From a virus (Duplodnaviria > Caudoviricetes), in IMG/VR virus record IMGVR_UViG_3300047160_018490, positions 13,903-77,902 of that record: a stretch of DNA of 64,000 bases. One strand, given 5' to 3'. A program made the translations under genes and the position numbers. Of the stretch, positions 1 to 8,766 are shown piece after piece. The notes under the pieces are model-generated. The model did not search any database and was not told where the DNA came from. It saw nothing but the letters and a program-made list of their open reading frames with translations. Every line of letters begins with the position of its first letter. Within the stretch, counting starts at the first letter, position 1.

Positions 1-1075
1 CCTGACCCACGGGGTTGGCGGCTACCCTTCTTACCGCATCACTGAAGCGAGCCAGGGTAAGGGGGTCTCCAGGGTCACCTGGGATGATCCAGCCATGCTT
101 CACGTTGTCTGCAAGGGCCCAGACGGGAGAGCAGATGGGCATGCACCCACACGCCTGGGCCTCCATGCACTGGATGCAGGAGGTCTCAGTGAAGCCAGTA
201 CAGTAGACCCACATTCCCGCGGAGAGCATCTCCCTCCAGAGGTCCGGTTGCCCGAGGCGCCCCCTCCAGGTGATCCCAGGCTGCTCCAGGAGGGGGATGG
301 CCCTTCTCTTGAAGTCTGCCCAGGAGGACTTCGGGTGGTCGCGGACGATCTTGTCGATGTTGTCCCAGCCGTAGCAGACGGAGAGCTTCAGAGAAGGTTC
401 ATACTCCCTGGCCCTCTTGAAGATGTTCAGGAGTGGTAGTAGTCCTCTATCTGGAGAGGAAGCATAGACGATCTTCTTTGGATCACGCTCCAGCCTGCCG
501 CATGGGTCTTTCGTGTTCCCAGGGCAATTGCAGGACGGCCAATTGCAACCAGGAGTCATTGCCCGTGCCAGGTTCTCCACAGCTTCGATCCCGTCCGTGC
601 AGATGCCGTTGCTGGAGACGCACACCTTCTCCGCCACGTCCGGGTAGCGGTAACGCAGGTGGCCGGCGTGCGTCTGGCACAGGGCGATGATACGGTCGAG
701 CTTCTTTCGTCTCGCCTCATTCAGCCCGGCTAGTGGCCCGCTGTCGGGATAGTCTACGTCCTGGCAGATTAACCACAATTGCTGTCCTGGATGTTCCTCA
801 GGGAAGTGATCCAGAGCATCCGGGCAGCGATAGAGAAGCCATACACCTGGCCTGGTGAAGGTGACATCATGGCGGTGCAGCCAGTCTACACCACCAGGAC
901 CTGGAGAAAGGCAATCCTCGGGGATGGGGGCATAGGAGAGTACGTCATGACCGCGATCAGCCAGGCGGCGAGAAAGCTCTACATGGGAGGTTTCACTTCC
1001 CCCAATACCATTCAGAGTGGGGTTTCTCCAATCCCAGTCCTCGAAAGATACTGGACTATAAAGGGTGAACCTCAT
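1..1075 (-). CDS. GT4-family (GT-B fold) glycosyltransferase, C-terminally truncated by the window edge
   Basis: Absent from the ORF track because it has no stop in the window. Manual translation from ATG 1075 (ATGA overlap with the upstream stop) is open to position 1: MRFTLYSPVSFEDWDW...GIGGSETSHVELSRRLA...VSSNGI...IVYASSPDRGLLPLL...FTETSCIQCMEAQACG (E-x7-E motif of GT4). Confidence 0.85.
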   Translation of the reverse strand, partial: MRFTLYSPVSFEDWDWRNPTLNGIGGSETSHVELSRRLADRGHDVLSYAPIPEDCLSPGPGGVDWLHRHDVTFTRPGVWLLYRCPDALDHFPEEHPGQQLWLICQDVDYPDSGPLAGLNEARRKKLDRIIALCQTHAGHLRYRYPDVAEKVCVSSNGICTDGIEAVENLARAMTPGCNWPSCNCPGNTKDPCGRLERDPKKIVYASSPDRGLLPLLNIFKRAREYEPSLKLSVCYGWDNIDKIVRDHPKSSWADFKRRAIPLLEQPGITWRGRLGQPDLWREMLSAGMWVYCTGFTETSCIQCMEAQACGCMPICSPVWALADNVKHGWIIPGDPGDPLTLARFSDAVRRVAANPVGQ

Positions 1076-1632
1076 GGCTCCTCCCCCCGGGAGAGGATGG
1101 TAAGCCCACAGCAGTTCCGGTAGTGCCTCATCACTTTCCACTCGGGATGTGTCTGCAGGAACCTTCCCAGGGCCAGCAAGAGGCCCTCCCTCTTGTCCTC
1201 GCCAATTACCCCCCACTCCTGAGTGTCATGCAGCAAGATCCACTTACTTACCTTCTCGGCATGCAGCTCCAACTCCCTGTGCAGAATGGTTCCTGCATGG
1301 AAGGTGTCGATGAGGAGGAGATCCGTTGGCTCGATCTCTACCTCCCTGGTGTCCCCCTGGATAAAGAGCCAGCAATCCCATGCCAGAGGTCCCAGGGCGG
1401 CCACCGTCTGCGTGCAAGGGTCGCGGTCATAGGAGATGAGGCGCCCGTGTCCCTCCTTGCAGCCCATCAGCAGCGCCACCGTGGAAACCCCATGACGGAC
1501 GCCGAATTCCGTGACGTGGGTACAGCGGGAGGCCAGCTTGCGCAGGAGAGGGCAGTGATCCCGCATGTCCGAAGATGCGACGCACACCTCGGCATAGGCC
1601 GCCTCAAGGTTTGGAGAGGTCAGGTGTGTCAT
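1072..1632 (-). CDS. class I SAM-dependent methyltransferase (Methyltransf_24-like)
   Basis: Motifs VTEFGVRHGVST, LISYDRD, DLLLIDTFH and WILLHDT. Confidence 0.8.
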   Translation of the reverse strand: MTHLTSPNLEAAYAEVCVASSDMRDHCPLLRKLASRCTHVTEFGVRHGVSTVALLMGCKEGHGRLISYDRDPCTQTVAALGPLAWDCWLFIQGDTREVEIEPTDLLLIDTFHAGTILHRELELHAEKVSKWILLHDTQEWGVIGEDKREGLLLALGRFLQTHPEWKVMRHYRNCCGLTILSRGEEP

Positions 1633-2267
1633 CAGTTGAAGTCGTTGAAGATGGCGGAGACCGCGTTGTTGATGTCCGTGTCTGCTTGCGAGGCAGCGAC
1701 ATTGAGCTGGTAGTGGTTGCTGGCTGGGTAGTCCGTCTGGGTTGTACTCAACACCGCCACCGGCAGCAAGTAAAGCTGGGCATAGTTTGACTGGTTCAGG
1801 AGGATCTGCTTGGCCTGAGCCGCTCTTGCTGTGTGATTGACCACAGACACCCCTGCTGTGGTGCGAGACACCGATGGGGTAGGGGTGGAGCCTCCTGTCA
1901 GGCTGTTCGTGCCAATCGTGATGAGATTGAGAGGCAGGTTCCCCAGCGTACCAGCGAAGGTGATCGTGATTGGCGTTCCAGGCAGGGGACCACCTGTGCA
2001 GATCACGTTTCCACTACCAATGGAAGTAAGGTTCTGGAGAGCCGTCTGTACTGTGGCGGCGTTGGCGTTGAAGGCGATGGTGACAGTAGTTTGCCCTGCG
2101 TAGGTGAGGGTGAACGTACCCCCTGTAGGACCACCAGAGATGGAGAGGGTCTGGACCTCATTGGCCACCTCTGTCCCAACGTTCACGGCCGCCTGCACCA
2201 CCGCGGCAGCAACCCTCTGCTGAAAGTCACCTACGGAGGTGATCTGGACTGCATCGGACAGGCTCAT
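1632..2267 (-). CDS. virion/tail-associated structural protein with a TGGTFTLTY..GQTT..IAFNA domain
   Basis: Thr/Gly-rich beta module EVQTLSISGGPTGGTFTLTYAGQTTVTIAFNANAATVQTALQNL..IGSGNV, of a type I recognise from phage tail proteins; located at the distal end of the tail cluster. Confidence 0.55.
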   Translation of the reverse strand: MSLSDAVQITSVGDFQQRVAAAVVQAAVNVGTEVANEVQTLSISGGPTGGTFTLTYAGQTTVTIAFNANAATVQTALQNLTSIGSGNVICTGGPLPGTPITITFAGTLGNLPLNLITIGTNSLTGGSTPTPSVSRTTAGVSVVNHTARAAQAKQILLNQSNYAQLYLLPVAVLSTTQTDYPASNHYQLNVAASQADTDINNAVSAIFNDFN

Positions 2268-2271
2268 GGTA

Positions 2272-3720
2272 TTACCCTCCCGAGATGCCCGTGATTGAAA
2301 CCGTCTTCGTGTAGATGCAGGAAATTTTGGTGGGCGGGCCGGTAAACTGAGGCACGAAGGTAACCCATTCCTCTGTGTCTTGGAAGGCCACTGGGTAGGA
2401 GTAGGTTGTCTGTACCTGCATCACCCAGGGGGCCTCATCATCACTCCAGGGCCCCAGGAGCTGCACCCCCTCGCTTTCGTCCTTGGAGAGAAAGGGCGCC
2501 CAGGGAACCCGTTGGATGGGCGTAAAGGGGCCCTGCTCGTCCTCCAGGGGCATGTTTGCGAGAAGGGTAGAGATCTCCTCGAAGGCGGCTACTGGAGCAT
2601 TCCAGTACCCCTGCGTGGTCCCGGGGGAAAGATACTCCTCCTGCTCCAGGGCAAAGTTCATGAGGAAGGCAGAAGCTCCTACCTCATCGTCTGCAGAAAG
2701 GAGAGGGGTCCAGGGCACCTGCTGCTGGAGGGGAAGGAAACCCTCTTCCTGCTCATAGGGGAAGTTCAGGAGTGGGGAGGTTACTTCCTCAGGAGCGGGA
2801 AGGAAAACACCCCAGGGTACTCGCTGCTGAGGAAGAGATGGCTGGTCCTCCTGATCCACCCCCAAAGTAAACCACATCTCGTCTTCCTTCCCTGGTGAGG
2901 TGTGGACTTCCCCCGGGGGAAGAGGGATAACCTGGATGCCTGGAGGGAAGTAATCCTCGCTCTCCACGTTGATGGGGGTGATGCCCTCGCTTTCATCTCC
3001 TGCGGCAGGAGGAGGAGGAAGGAATGGCCTTTGCATTCCTGGGGGGAAGTAGTCCTCCTGCTCTGGGGTGTAAATCAGGACCTCATCTCCCTGCACTGCG
3101 GTGAGAGGTGGGTAAGGAGTTTGCTGAGTAAGAGGGGGGGAGGGGTTTTCTTCCTGCTCCAAACCGAAGTTCAGGAGGCTGACCCCTTCTTCCTCGCTCA
3201 GAGACGCCATCAGAGGAGGGGTAGGGATGCTCTGTGCAGAGGGAAGAGCAAAGAGGTCATCTTCCCAGCGCAACTGCCCCAGGGTGCCAGACTCCTCGGT
3301 ATCGGGGGGGAGGAAGACCCGGGTGAGGACCTTCTGAACAGGGAAGAGGACCAGCTCGTCTGCATCGATTCCAGGACCTACCAGAGGGATGAGGTCTTCG
3401 TCTACCGGGCTTCCATTGATAGCTGGCAGGGAAGGGGGCAAGGCATAGAGGCTGGAGGGAAGAGGCGGTGGTTCTTCCTGATCCAGACCCAGGAAGTGCA
3501 AGGCGATGCCGGCATCTTCATCAAGGGCTACCGAGGTATTTGTGGGATAAAGAACTGGCGGCTGCGCAGGGGGGAGCCCCTGGCTTGCGTAGAATGCCTC
3601 CTCCTGCTCTATACCAAACTGGATGCCTGCAATACCCTGGGCCTCATCGTCCTGCGCGGCGGCGAGCAGGGAGAGAGTATTCAGGATACGAGGGTTCTGG
3701 ATGGGATAGAGGAGTTGCAA
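2272..3720 (-). CDS. acidic Pro-rich repeat protein, about 12 degenerate 30-40 aa units
   Basis: TTG start with AAGGAGG 9 nt upstream. Recurrent (F/L)G(L/V/I)(E/D)QE(E/D)..P...Q..PW.P units; very few Lys/Arg. Confidence 0.65.
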   Translation of the reverse strand: MQLLYPIQNPRILNTLSLLAAAQDDEAQGIAGIQFGIEQEEAFYASQGLPPAQPPVLYPTNTSVALDEDAGIALHFLGLDQEEPPPLPSSLYALPPSLPAINGSPVDEDLIPLVGPGIDADELVLFPVQKVLTRVFLPPDTEESGTLGQLRWEDDLFALPSAQSIPTPPLMASLSEEEGVSLLNFGLEQEENPSPPLTQQTPYPPLTAVQGDEVLIYTPEQEDYFPPGMQRPFLPPPPAAGDESEGITPINVESEDYFPPGIQVIPLPPGEVHTSPGKEDEMWFTLGVDQEDQPSLPQQRVPWGVFLPAPEEVTSPLLNFPYEQEEGFLPLQQQVPWTPLLSADDEVGASAFLMNFALEQEEYLSPGTTQGYWNAPVAAFEEISTLLANMPLEDEQGPFTPIQRVPWAPFLSKDESEGVQLLGPWSDDEAPWVMQVQTTYSYPVAFQDTEEWVTFVPQFTGPPTKISCIYTKTVSITGISGG

Positions 3721-3721
3721 T

Positions 3722-4507
3722 CTAGGCTGCCTCCTTACCTTTCAGCAGCATCTCGGGGAAGCAGTAAAGAATCTTTCCTGTACCTGGCCTGCGCTCAGGC
3801 TTCCTTCCCGGTCTGCGAAACCAGGTGTAGGAGGGCTGGATTATCAGCCCTTCATCCTCATCCACCATTGGGGCTGCGAGGGCTGCTGAAAACTGTGAGG
3901 CAGACCAGGACACACTCGATCCAGCGGTGTACGCCGCACCCTGAGGCGAGGTGGCACTGAGGAGGTAGGCACCATCAAAGAAGGAAAACGTCTCCTTCAC
4001 CGCACCACCACCTGCTGCTGTGTAACCTCCTGGAGCTGTCATGCTCACGAGCTGGGAGGAAACGGCACAACTGAAGACCGGCTCCCCGCTGGTGAAGGAC
4101 ATGCTCGCAGGGGCGGGGGCCGTACTCGTCCCTGTGAGGCTGGAGGCATTGTCCGTGGAGACAATCCCGTTTACCTCCAGCGTGTCAATGAAAAGGTCCC
4201 CGGTTGTCTCATTGGCTACTGTTACCGTGGCATGAACGCTGCTGCCCACAGTGATGCTGTAGGTGACGAAACAGCAACTCCACGGACCAGACCCAATACC
4301 GTTGTAGCCCAGGCGGGAGTATGAGCTGCTAAGAGTATCTGTGCAGGTAATATCCGTATTTACCCTATGGGAGGATGAGTTGTACCCCCCGCACAGAACC
4401 ACGATGGCATTACCGGAAGTGGTAGTAAGGGAGAAATTGAGGGAGTTCAGAGTGGTAACGGTGGTATTACCCTGAGTAACTGTACTCTGGACAATCGAGG
4501 CAGACAC
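3722..4507 (-). CDS. Ser/Thr-rich beta-rich putative tail fibre/receptor-binding or structural protein
   Basis: Composition (TTTSGNAIVVLCGG, GEPVFSCAVSS) and position downstream of the tail tip genes. Confidence 0.5.
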   Translation of the reverse strand: MSASIVQSTVTQGNTTVTTLNSLNFSLTTTSGNAIVVLCGGYNSSSHRVNTDITCTDTLSSSYSRLGYNGIGSGPWSCCFVTYSITVGSSVHATVTVANETTGDLFIDTLEVNGIVSTDNASSLTGTSTAPAPASMSFTSGEPVFSCAVSSQLVSMTAPGGYTAAGGGAVKETFSFFDGAYLLSATSPQGAAYTAGSSVSWSASQFSAALAAPMVDEDEGLIIQPSYTWFRRPGRKPERRPGTGKILYCFPEMLLKGKEAA

Positions 4508-4536
4508 AGTTACCTCCCCTCACTCCCGAACCCTCT

Positions 4537-4869
4537 TCAGGCGACGGCGTTGACCTCGTCCGAATTGGCCCCCGCAGGATGATCGCTTGCTGCCTTCGGG
4601 AGGGAGGAGAGGATCTCCTTCAGGTCCTCCACATTGACCTGAGGGGAGGTGAAGTGGAGCGTCCAGTGCTCCGCCTCCATCGGCTGGTATACAACACCAC
4701 CCTTCTTGTGAAAGTGCTCTGCCTCCTCGTTCGTGAGGGGCTTGTCGGTCTTGCCGCCCAGGTTGTGCTGGTTGGTGGTCAGGATCCCCAGGAGGAAACC
4801 CTGGAAGGTGGAGGTCCGGCCCTTGTAGACCCGGTAGCCCTCAGGAATCTTGTAGAAGGTGACACTCAT
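4537..4869 (-). CDS. hypothetical protein
   Basis: 110 aa ORF co-directional with the operon; AGGAG upstream. Confidence 0.55.
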   Translation of the reverse strand: MSVTFYKIPEGYRVYKGRTSTFQGFLLGILTTNQHNLGGKTDKPLTNEEAEHFHKKGGVVYQPMEAEHWTLHFTSPQVNVEDLKEILSSLPKAASDHPAGANSDEVNAVA

Positions 4870-5037
4870 GATCTTCTATCTCCTGCGCCTGCGGAGGCGT
4901 CTTCGATACCTGCAAGGGAGGATGACTCGCCTCCGGATGATCTGAAGGCGAGGAGGACGGGGGTACTTGTGATGCACCTCATTCGAGGGATCTTTGTACC
5001 CCCCATTTCTACTGCGAGAACCCAAGCGAGAGGGGTC

Positions 5038-5544
5038 TTACCCTTCCTGATTGTCCCACTCGGCCTCGAAGTTCAGGGAGGCAGTGGGGGAAGCGCTGAA
5101 CAGGTCCATGCTCTTGTTGGCATTGCCATCCAGGAGTGGCACGTCATCGGGGTTGATTGCCACCCAGCCGCCAGGACCGCTCGCACCCATGCTGCCCAGA
5201 CCAACGACGACGGGACCACCCGTACCACTCGTGACCACGGCTGTACCACCACCCGAACCCATCCCTGCGGTGGCCACGCAGGCAGGGGCCAGGTTGTTCT
5301 TCGGCTGAGGCGTCGTTGCCTGTCCTCCTGAGGAGGTGCCAGATGTCCACTGCTTCAGACGGATGACGATACCCGAGAGTGCCGTCAAGCCGCCACCTTT
5401 ACCCTGGACGCGCAGGGCGATCACCGTGGCTGGCCGGGACGCACCTGGCTTGAGGAAGGCGAAGTCAAGCTCCGTATTGGCGCTGCCCGAGGTGGTGTAG
5501 TTCTCGAACACCTGCTTCGTGGCATTTGCGTAGATGAAAGGCAT
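5038..5544 (-). CDS. putative virion structural protein (beta-sandwich-like)
   Basis: Gly/Ser/Thr-rich 168 aa ORF with AGGAG 6 nt upstream; tail-region context. Confidence 0.5.
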   Translation of the reverse strand: MPFIYANATKQVFENYTTSGSANTELDFAFLKPGASRPATVIALRVQGKGGGLTALSGIVIRLKQWTSGTSSGGQATTPQPKNNLAPACVATAGMGSGGGTAVVTSGTGGPVVVGLGSMGASGPGGWVAINPDDVPLLDGNANKSMDLFSASPTASLNFEAEWDNQEG

Positions 5545-5642
5545 GGATTATCTCCTGTTGCCTGGACACTGCTTCTGCTTGGGTTCCGGCCTCCTGCCAA
5601 GTCCTACCATCCTAACGCATCACTCTTTCCCCTGGGAAGGGT

Positions 5643-6146
5643 CTAGGAGGGGACGGGGAAGGGGCTCTCTTTCTCCAGAAGCTCCAGGGCCTTCCCAAGT
5701 TTACCACACTCCTGAAGGGCGAGGAGTTCCTCCCCTGTGAGGTCCCGCCCGAACTTCTTCCTCATCTCCTCCTGCACACTCTTACAGAACTCATCATCCG
5801 GCTGGGCATAGGTGCCTGCAATGGCTCCGTGGGTCTCGAAGCACTTCGCACAGAGCCAGAAAGCGAAGGAGGTGTTGTCCTTGGGGACGTAGCCGAACTC
5901 CTTGCCGCAATTCGCACAGTAGACCATCACACATTCACACCTCACCGTGGTGCCGTCGGGCATGGGCCAGTCCACCATCTGACTCCCGAAGGTGGGGTGA
6001 TGCGTGAGGCGCGAGTCAGGGAGGATGTGGGCATTTCCTGGGTTCATGAGTGCCCCTCGAACGAGGTTACTGTCACGTCTGGGGGAGAATAGTCCGGGCA
6101 GGTCTGGCAGCAGTAAACCCCCTCCAGGGCCCTCTGTGGGGTGCAT
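5643..6146 (-). CDS. hypothetical protein with CxxC pairs
   Basis: VYCANCGKEFG and WLCAKCFE motifs; start position uncertain. Confidence 0.5.
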   Translation of the reverse strand: MHPTEGPGGGLLLPDLPGLFSPRRDSNLVRGALMNPGNAHILPDSRLTHHPTFGSQMVDWPMPDGTTVRCECVMVYCANCGKEFGYVPKDNTSFAFWLCAKCFETHGAIAGTYAQPDDEFCKSVQEEMRKKFGRDLTGEELLALQECGKLGKALELLEKESPFPVPS

Positions 6147-6451
6147 TTCTCATGGAGGGCACAGGCGAAGAGCTTCAGGAGTACCTTCCCTTCGCATGAT
6201 GGGCACTCCTGTACTTCTCCAGTGGCGTCCCCCAGATGCCTGCAATATCTTCCCCGGGGGAAAGGAGGAGAAGGGAGAGGAGGAGTGGAAGAAGGCATCT
6301 TGCTCTCCAAGGGGAGGAGAGGCCCTACCTCGTCCGGCCAGTTCATGAGCTTCCGCCAACATAGCAGACACTGATCGTAGGTGTAGAAGCCCCTTCTGGC
6401 CTCTCTGCCTGGGTGCTTACCGTCACAGATATTGTGGAGGTTATAGCTCAT
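6044..6451 (-). CDS. Cys-rich hypothetical protein
   Basis: Likely start ATG 6451 (TAAGATG coupling to the upstream stop). C-terminal CRHLG...CPSC..K.FACALHEKCT...CCQTCPDY. Confidence 0.55.
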   Translation of the reverse strand: MSYNLHNICDGKHPGREARRGFYTYDQCLLCWRKLMNWPDEVGPLLPLESKMPSSTPPLPSPPFPRGRYCRHLGDATGEVQECPSCEGKVLLKLFACALHEKCTPQRALEGVYCCQTCPDYSPPDVTVTSFEGHS

Positions 6452-6452
6452 C

Positions 6453-7481
6453 TTATAGGGTGATAGTGACCGTGAATGGACTAGGGGGGCAGCCTCCATG
6501 AGGGCAGCAGGTTATCGGGTCCGTACAGGGAATAGTAGCTCCTGAGCATCCTGCGGAAACTCCACTGGGTCCATTGAAGACTCCTGTGAACTGGAGGAAG
6601 GGTGGGTAACAGGTTCCCGTTACGCTGGTGGTAAAGAGCAGGGTAAAGGATGGCACAGTAGGGTAAGGAGGGATAGAAATCGCCTGAAACTGGAAGAAGT
6701 TAGGGAATCCCTCTACGTGTAAGCACTGGAGGAGGAAGGTAGTTGGGTATCCTGTGCAAGGGTCTCTGGTTCCAGGAGGAGAGGCCCAGGAGAATGAACT
6801 CATGTTCAAGAGCAAGGGAACCGTGAAGCCGTTCCAGCAGCCGCAAGGAGAGGTTGTGACAGTAAAGGTAGCATGGAGGATGGTGGGAAGCCCAATCAAT
6901 CCCCCAGCGGCGTCTCCAATAGCTGCACAGGCTCCCTGAATGCAGGAGTTCGTAAATGGGGGAGAGGGGCAGCACCCGGTGGGGTTATTAACACACACTG
7001 GAGAGGCAAAGGTAGGTGGTGCCTCCAGGCCCACGACTGCTGTAATGTATTCGGCACTGATGCCAGTCACCACCTGGATGGTGTGACCTGCGAGATCAGA
7101 TAGTGCTACTCCGAAGGTTGGGCAAACGTTGTCCAGGTACTTCAGGGTCGCATAGAAAGGGGTGTCAGGAGTGGTGGGTGCTGAGAGATCCACCAGGTAG
7201 GTCCAATCCACCACGGGATCGAAGTAAGCTCTGGTGGCTCGGTGGACGCTGTTGATGGTAATGGTCTGACTATTAGCCTCATAGATAGGGTTGTTCCCTA
7301 CACTCCCGAACCTGCCTCCTGGGCGATCCCGGAAGGAAGCTGGCCCCACAGGGTCTTGCTCGCGCCAGGAGTAGAACTTTCCACTCTGGGAGAGGATCTT
7401 GGCCCAGAAGGGCTTGTTGAGTTGCGCCCAACTCTTCTCCTCCCCCACGAAGGTTCCGCCATGTACTTCCTGCTCGTACAT
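6453..7481 (-). CDS. Cys/Pro/Thr-rich minor tail protein
   Basis: Second gene after the tape measure; many Cys pairs (GCCPSP, PCGCW, ITCCPHGGC). Confidence 0.55.
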   Translation of the reverse strand: MYEQEVHGGTFVGEEKSWAQLNKPFWAKILSQSGKFYSWREQDPVGPASFRDRPGGRFGSVGNNPIYEANSQTITINSVHRATRAYFDPVVDWTYLVDLSAPTTPDTPFYATLKYLDNVCPTFGVALSDLAGHTIQVVTGISAEYITAVVGLEAPPTFASPVCVNNPTGCCPSPPFTNSCIQGACAAIGDAAGGLIGLPTILHATFTVTTSPCGCWNGFTVPLLLNMSSFSWASPPGTRDPCTGYPTTFLLQCLHVEGFPNFFQFQAISIPPYPTVPSFTLLFTTSVTGTCYPPFLQFTGVFNGPSGVSAGCSGATIPCTDPITCCPHGGCPPSPFTVTITL

Positions 7482-8759
7482 CTAAATGACTCTGAAGAGA
7501 TCAGTGAAGTCCGCGAACTGGTAGGGGGTGGTGAATGGGCCGGTGTCTCCGCCATTCTCATCCTTCTGGGCTCGCACAGGCGCCCACAGACCGTTGCCTG
7601 ATTGCGGCATGAGGTTGTGCCCACCAGCCCAGAAGGGGATGTTTGGATCTCCTGGTGGGTCGAAAAGATCCCAGTGGAAGGTTACATCATACTGAACCTG
7701 GGAGAGGGCCTCGGCACCCTTGAAGAAGGGAATGCCCATGAGCACCGCTGGCATCTGGAGAGGTTTGGGAGTGAACTCCACGCCTTCCAGGAGGAGGGTG
7801 CCTACAAGCATGTTAAGAAACATCTTGGCAGGATCTTCCTTGTCAGCGATCACTATAGCCAGGTTGTCACCACCAATCTCTGAATTAACACATCCCAGAA
7901 TAGCCTCCCCAGCCTCGTAGATGAAAGGCTCCGTGCTCCCAGCAGCCCCAAAAGTAAGAGGGTTGCTGGTGGGGGTTTGCGTGTAGAGCTGGTTGACTGG
8001 GGGGCCCTGGGGGGAGCCATCCTGGAGCAGGGAGAACAAGCACTGCTCTGGGACCTCATACCAGGTTCTCTTGAGCTTGACGTGGGTGACCTTCTGCCCA
8101 ACGGCGCCAGGGAATCCCCCCAGTCCACCCTGGGTCCATACGAAGGTCTGGCCCTCGCGGGTGAGCATCTGCACGTCTGGCACCCAGGCTCTATCGAAGA
8201 ACCTAAGGTATTCCGCCTGGTAGGTAAGACCTGGAACGGGCTTGCCCGTTTTTGGGTCCGGCATTAAGTCCGGCATGATTACGCTTTGGTCCGAGCGGAC
8301 ATAATAGGGTGGCCGCCAGAACTGGAGAGTAAGTTGAGCGATAGAGTATGCACTCATGGGCCCCAGGTTGTTTAGGGTTCCTCCTGGGGGGAGCTTGAGA
8401 GGGATACCGGAGAAGGTCTTCCCCTCGAAGCGGATACCTTTGACCTCTGTGATGGCTTTCACGAAGAGCTGGTTGGCATAGGGATGCTGCCAGGGGAGAC
8501 TCCTGGAGAGGCGGGGTACTTTGGCTCTCCCTTTTTGCCAGCTAATCGTGTCGCGGAACGAGAAACCTAGAAGCTGCTGTAAGGCAAGGGCCAGGTCTGA
8601 CCAGAAGATATAGATACTCATTCCCAGTCCAACCCCGTCTGGCCCGGCGTGCATGGAGAAAGTACCACCACCGGGTTCCTGGACCTCGGCCCACGGGAAG
8701 GAGAGGCCGGAGAGTAACTGGATATGCAGGTTGGGGAAAGGATGTGAGGGATTGGCCAT
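7482..8759 (-). CDS. minor tail (distal tail/hub-like) protein
   Basis: 425 aa gene immediately after the tape measure; assignment is positional. Confidence 0.5.
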   Translation of the reverse strand: MANPSHPFPNLHIQLLSGLSFPWAEVQEPGGGTFSMHAGPDGVGLGMSIYIFWSDLALALQQLLGFSFRDTISWQKGRAKVPRLSRSLPWQHPYANQLFVKAITEVKGIRFEGKTFSGIPLKLPPGGTLNNLGPMSAYSIAQLTLQFWRPPYYVRSDQSVIMPDLMPDPKTGKPVPGLTYQAEYLRFFDRAWVPDVQMLTREGQTFVWTQGGLGGFPGAVGQKVTHVKLKRTWYEVPEQCLFSLLQDGSPQGPPVNQLYTQTPTSNPLTFGAAGSTEPFIYEAGEAILGCVNSEIGGDNLAIVIADKEDPAKMFLNMLVGTLLLEGVEFTPKPLQMPAVLMGIPFFKGAEALSQVQYDVTFHWDLFDPPGDPNIPFWAGGHNLMPQSGNGLWAPVRAQKDENGGDTGPFTTPYQFADFTDLFRVI

Positions 8760-8766
8760 GTTTTAG

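Noticed and set aside
3720-3870. Frameshift fusion of 3722-4507 into the acidic repeat gene (VDEDEG resembles its repeats)
   Set aside because: Both alternative frames contain TGA stops before 3720, and the downstream TTG has its own AAGGAGG SD.
4876-5025. 49-codon Arg-rich minus-strand ORF (…RYRRRLRRRRR) in the gap
   Set aside because: TTG start without an SD, and a competing 46-codon ORF in another frame. It cannot be supported without conservation data.
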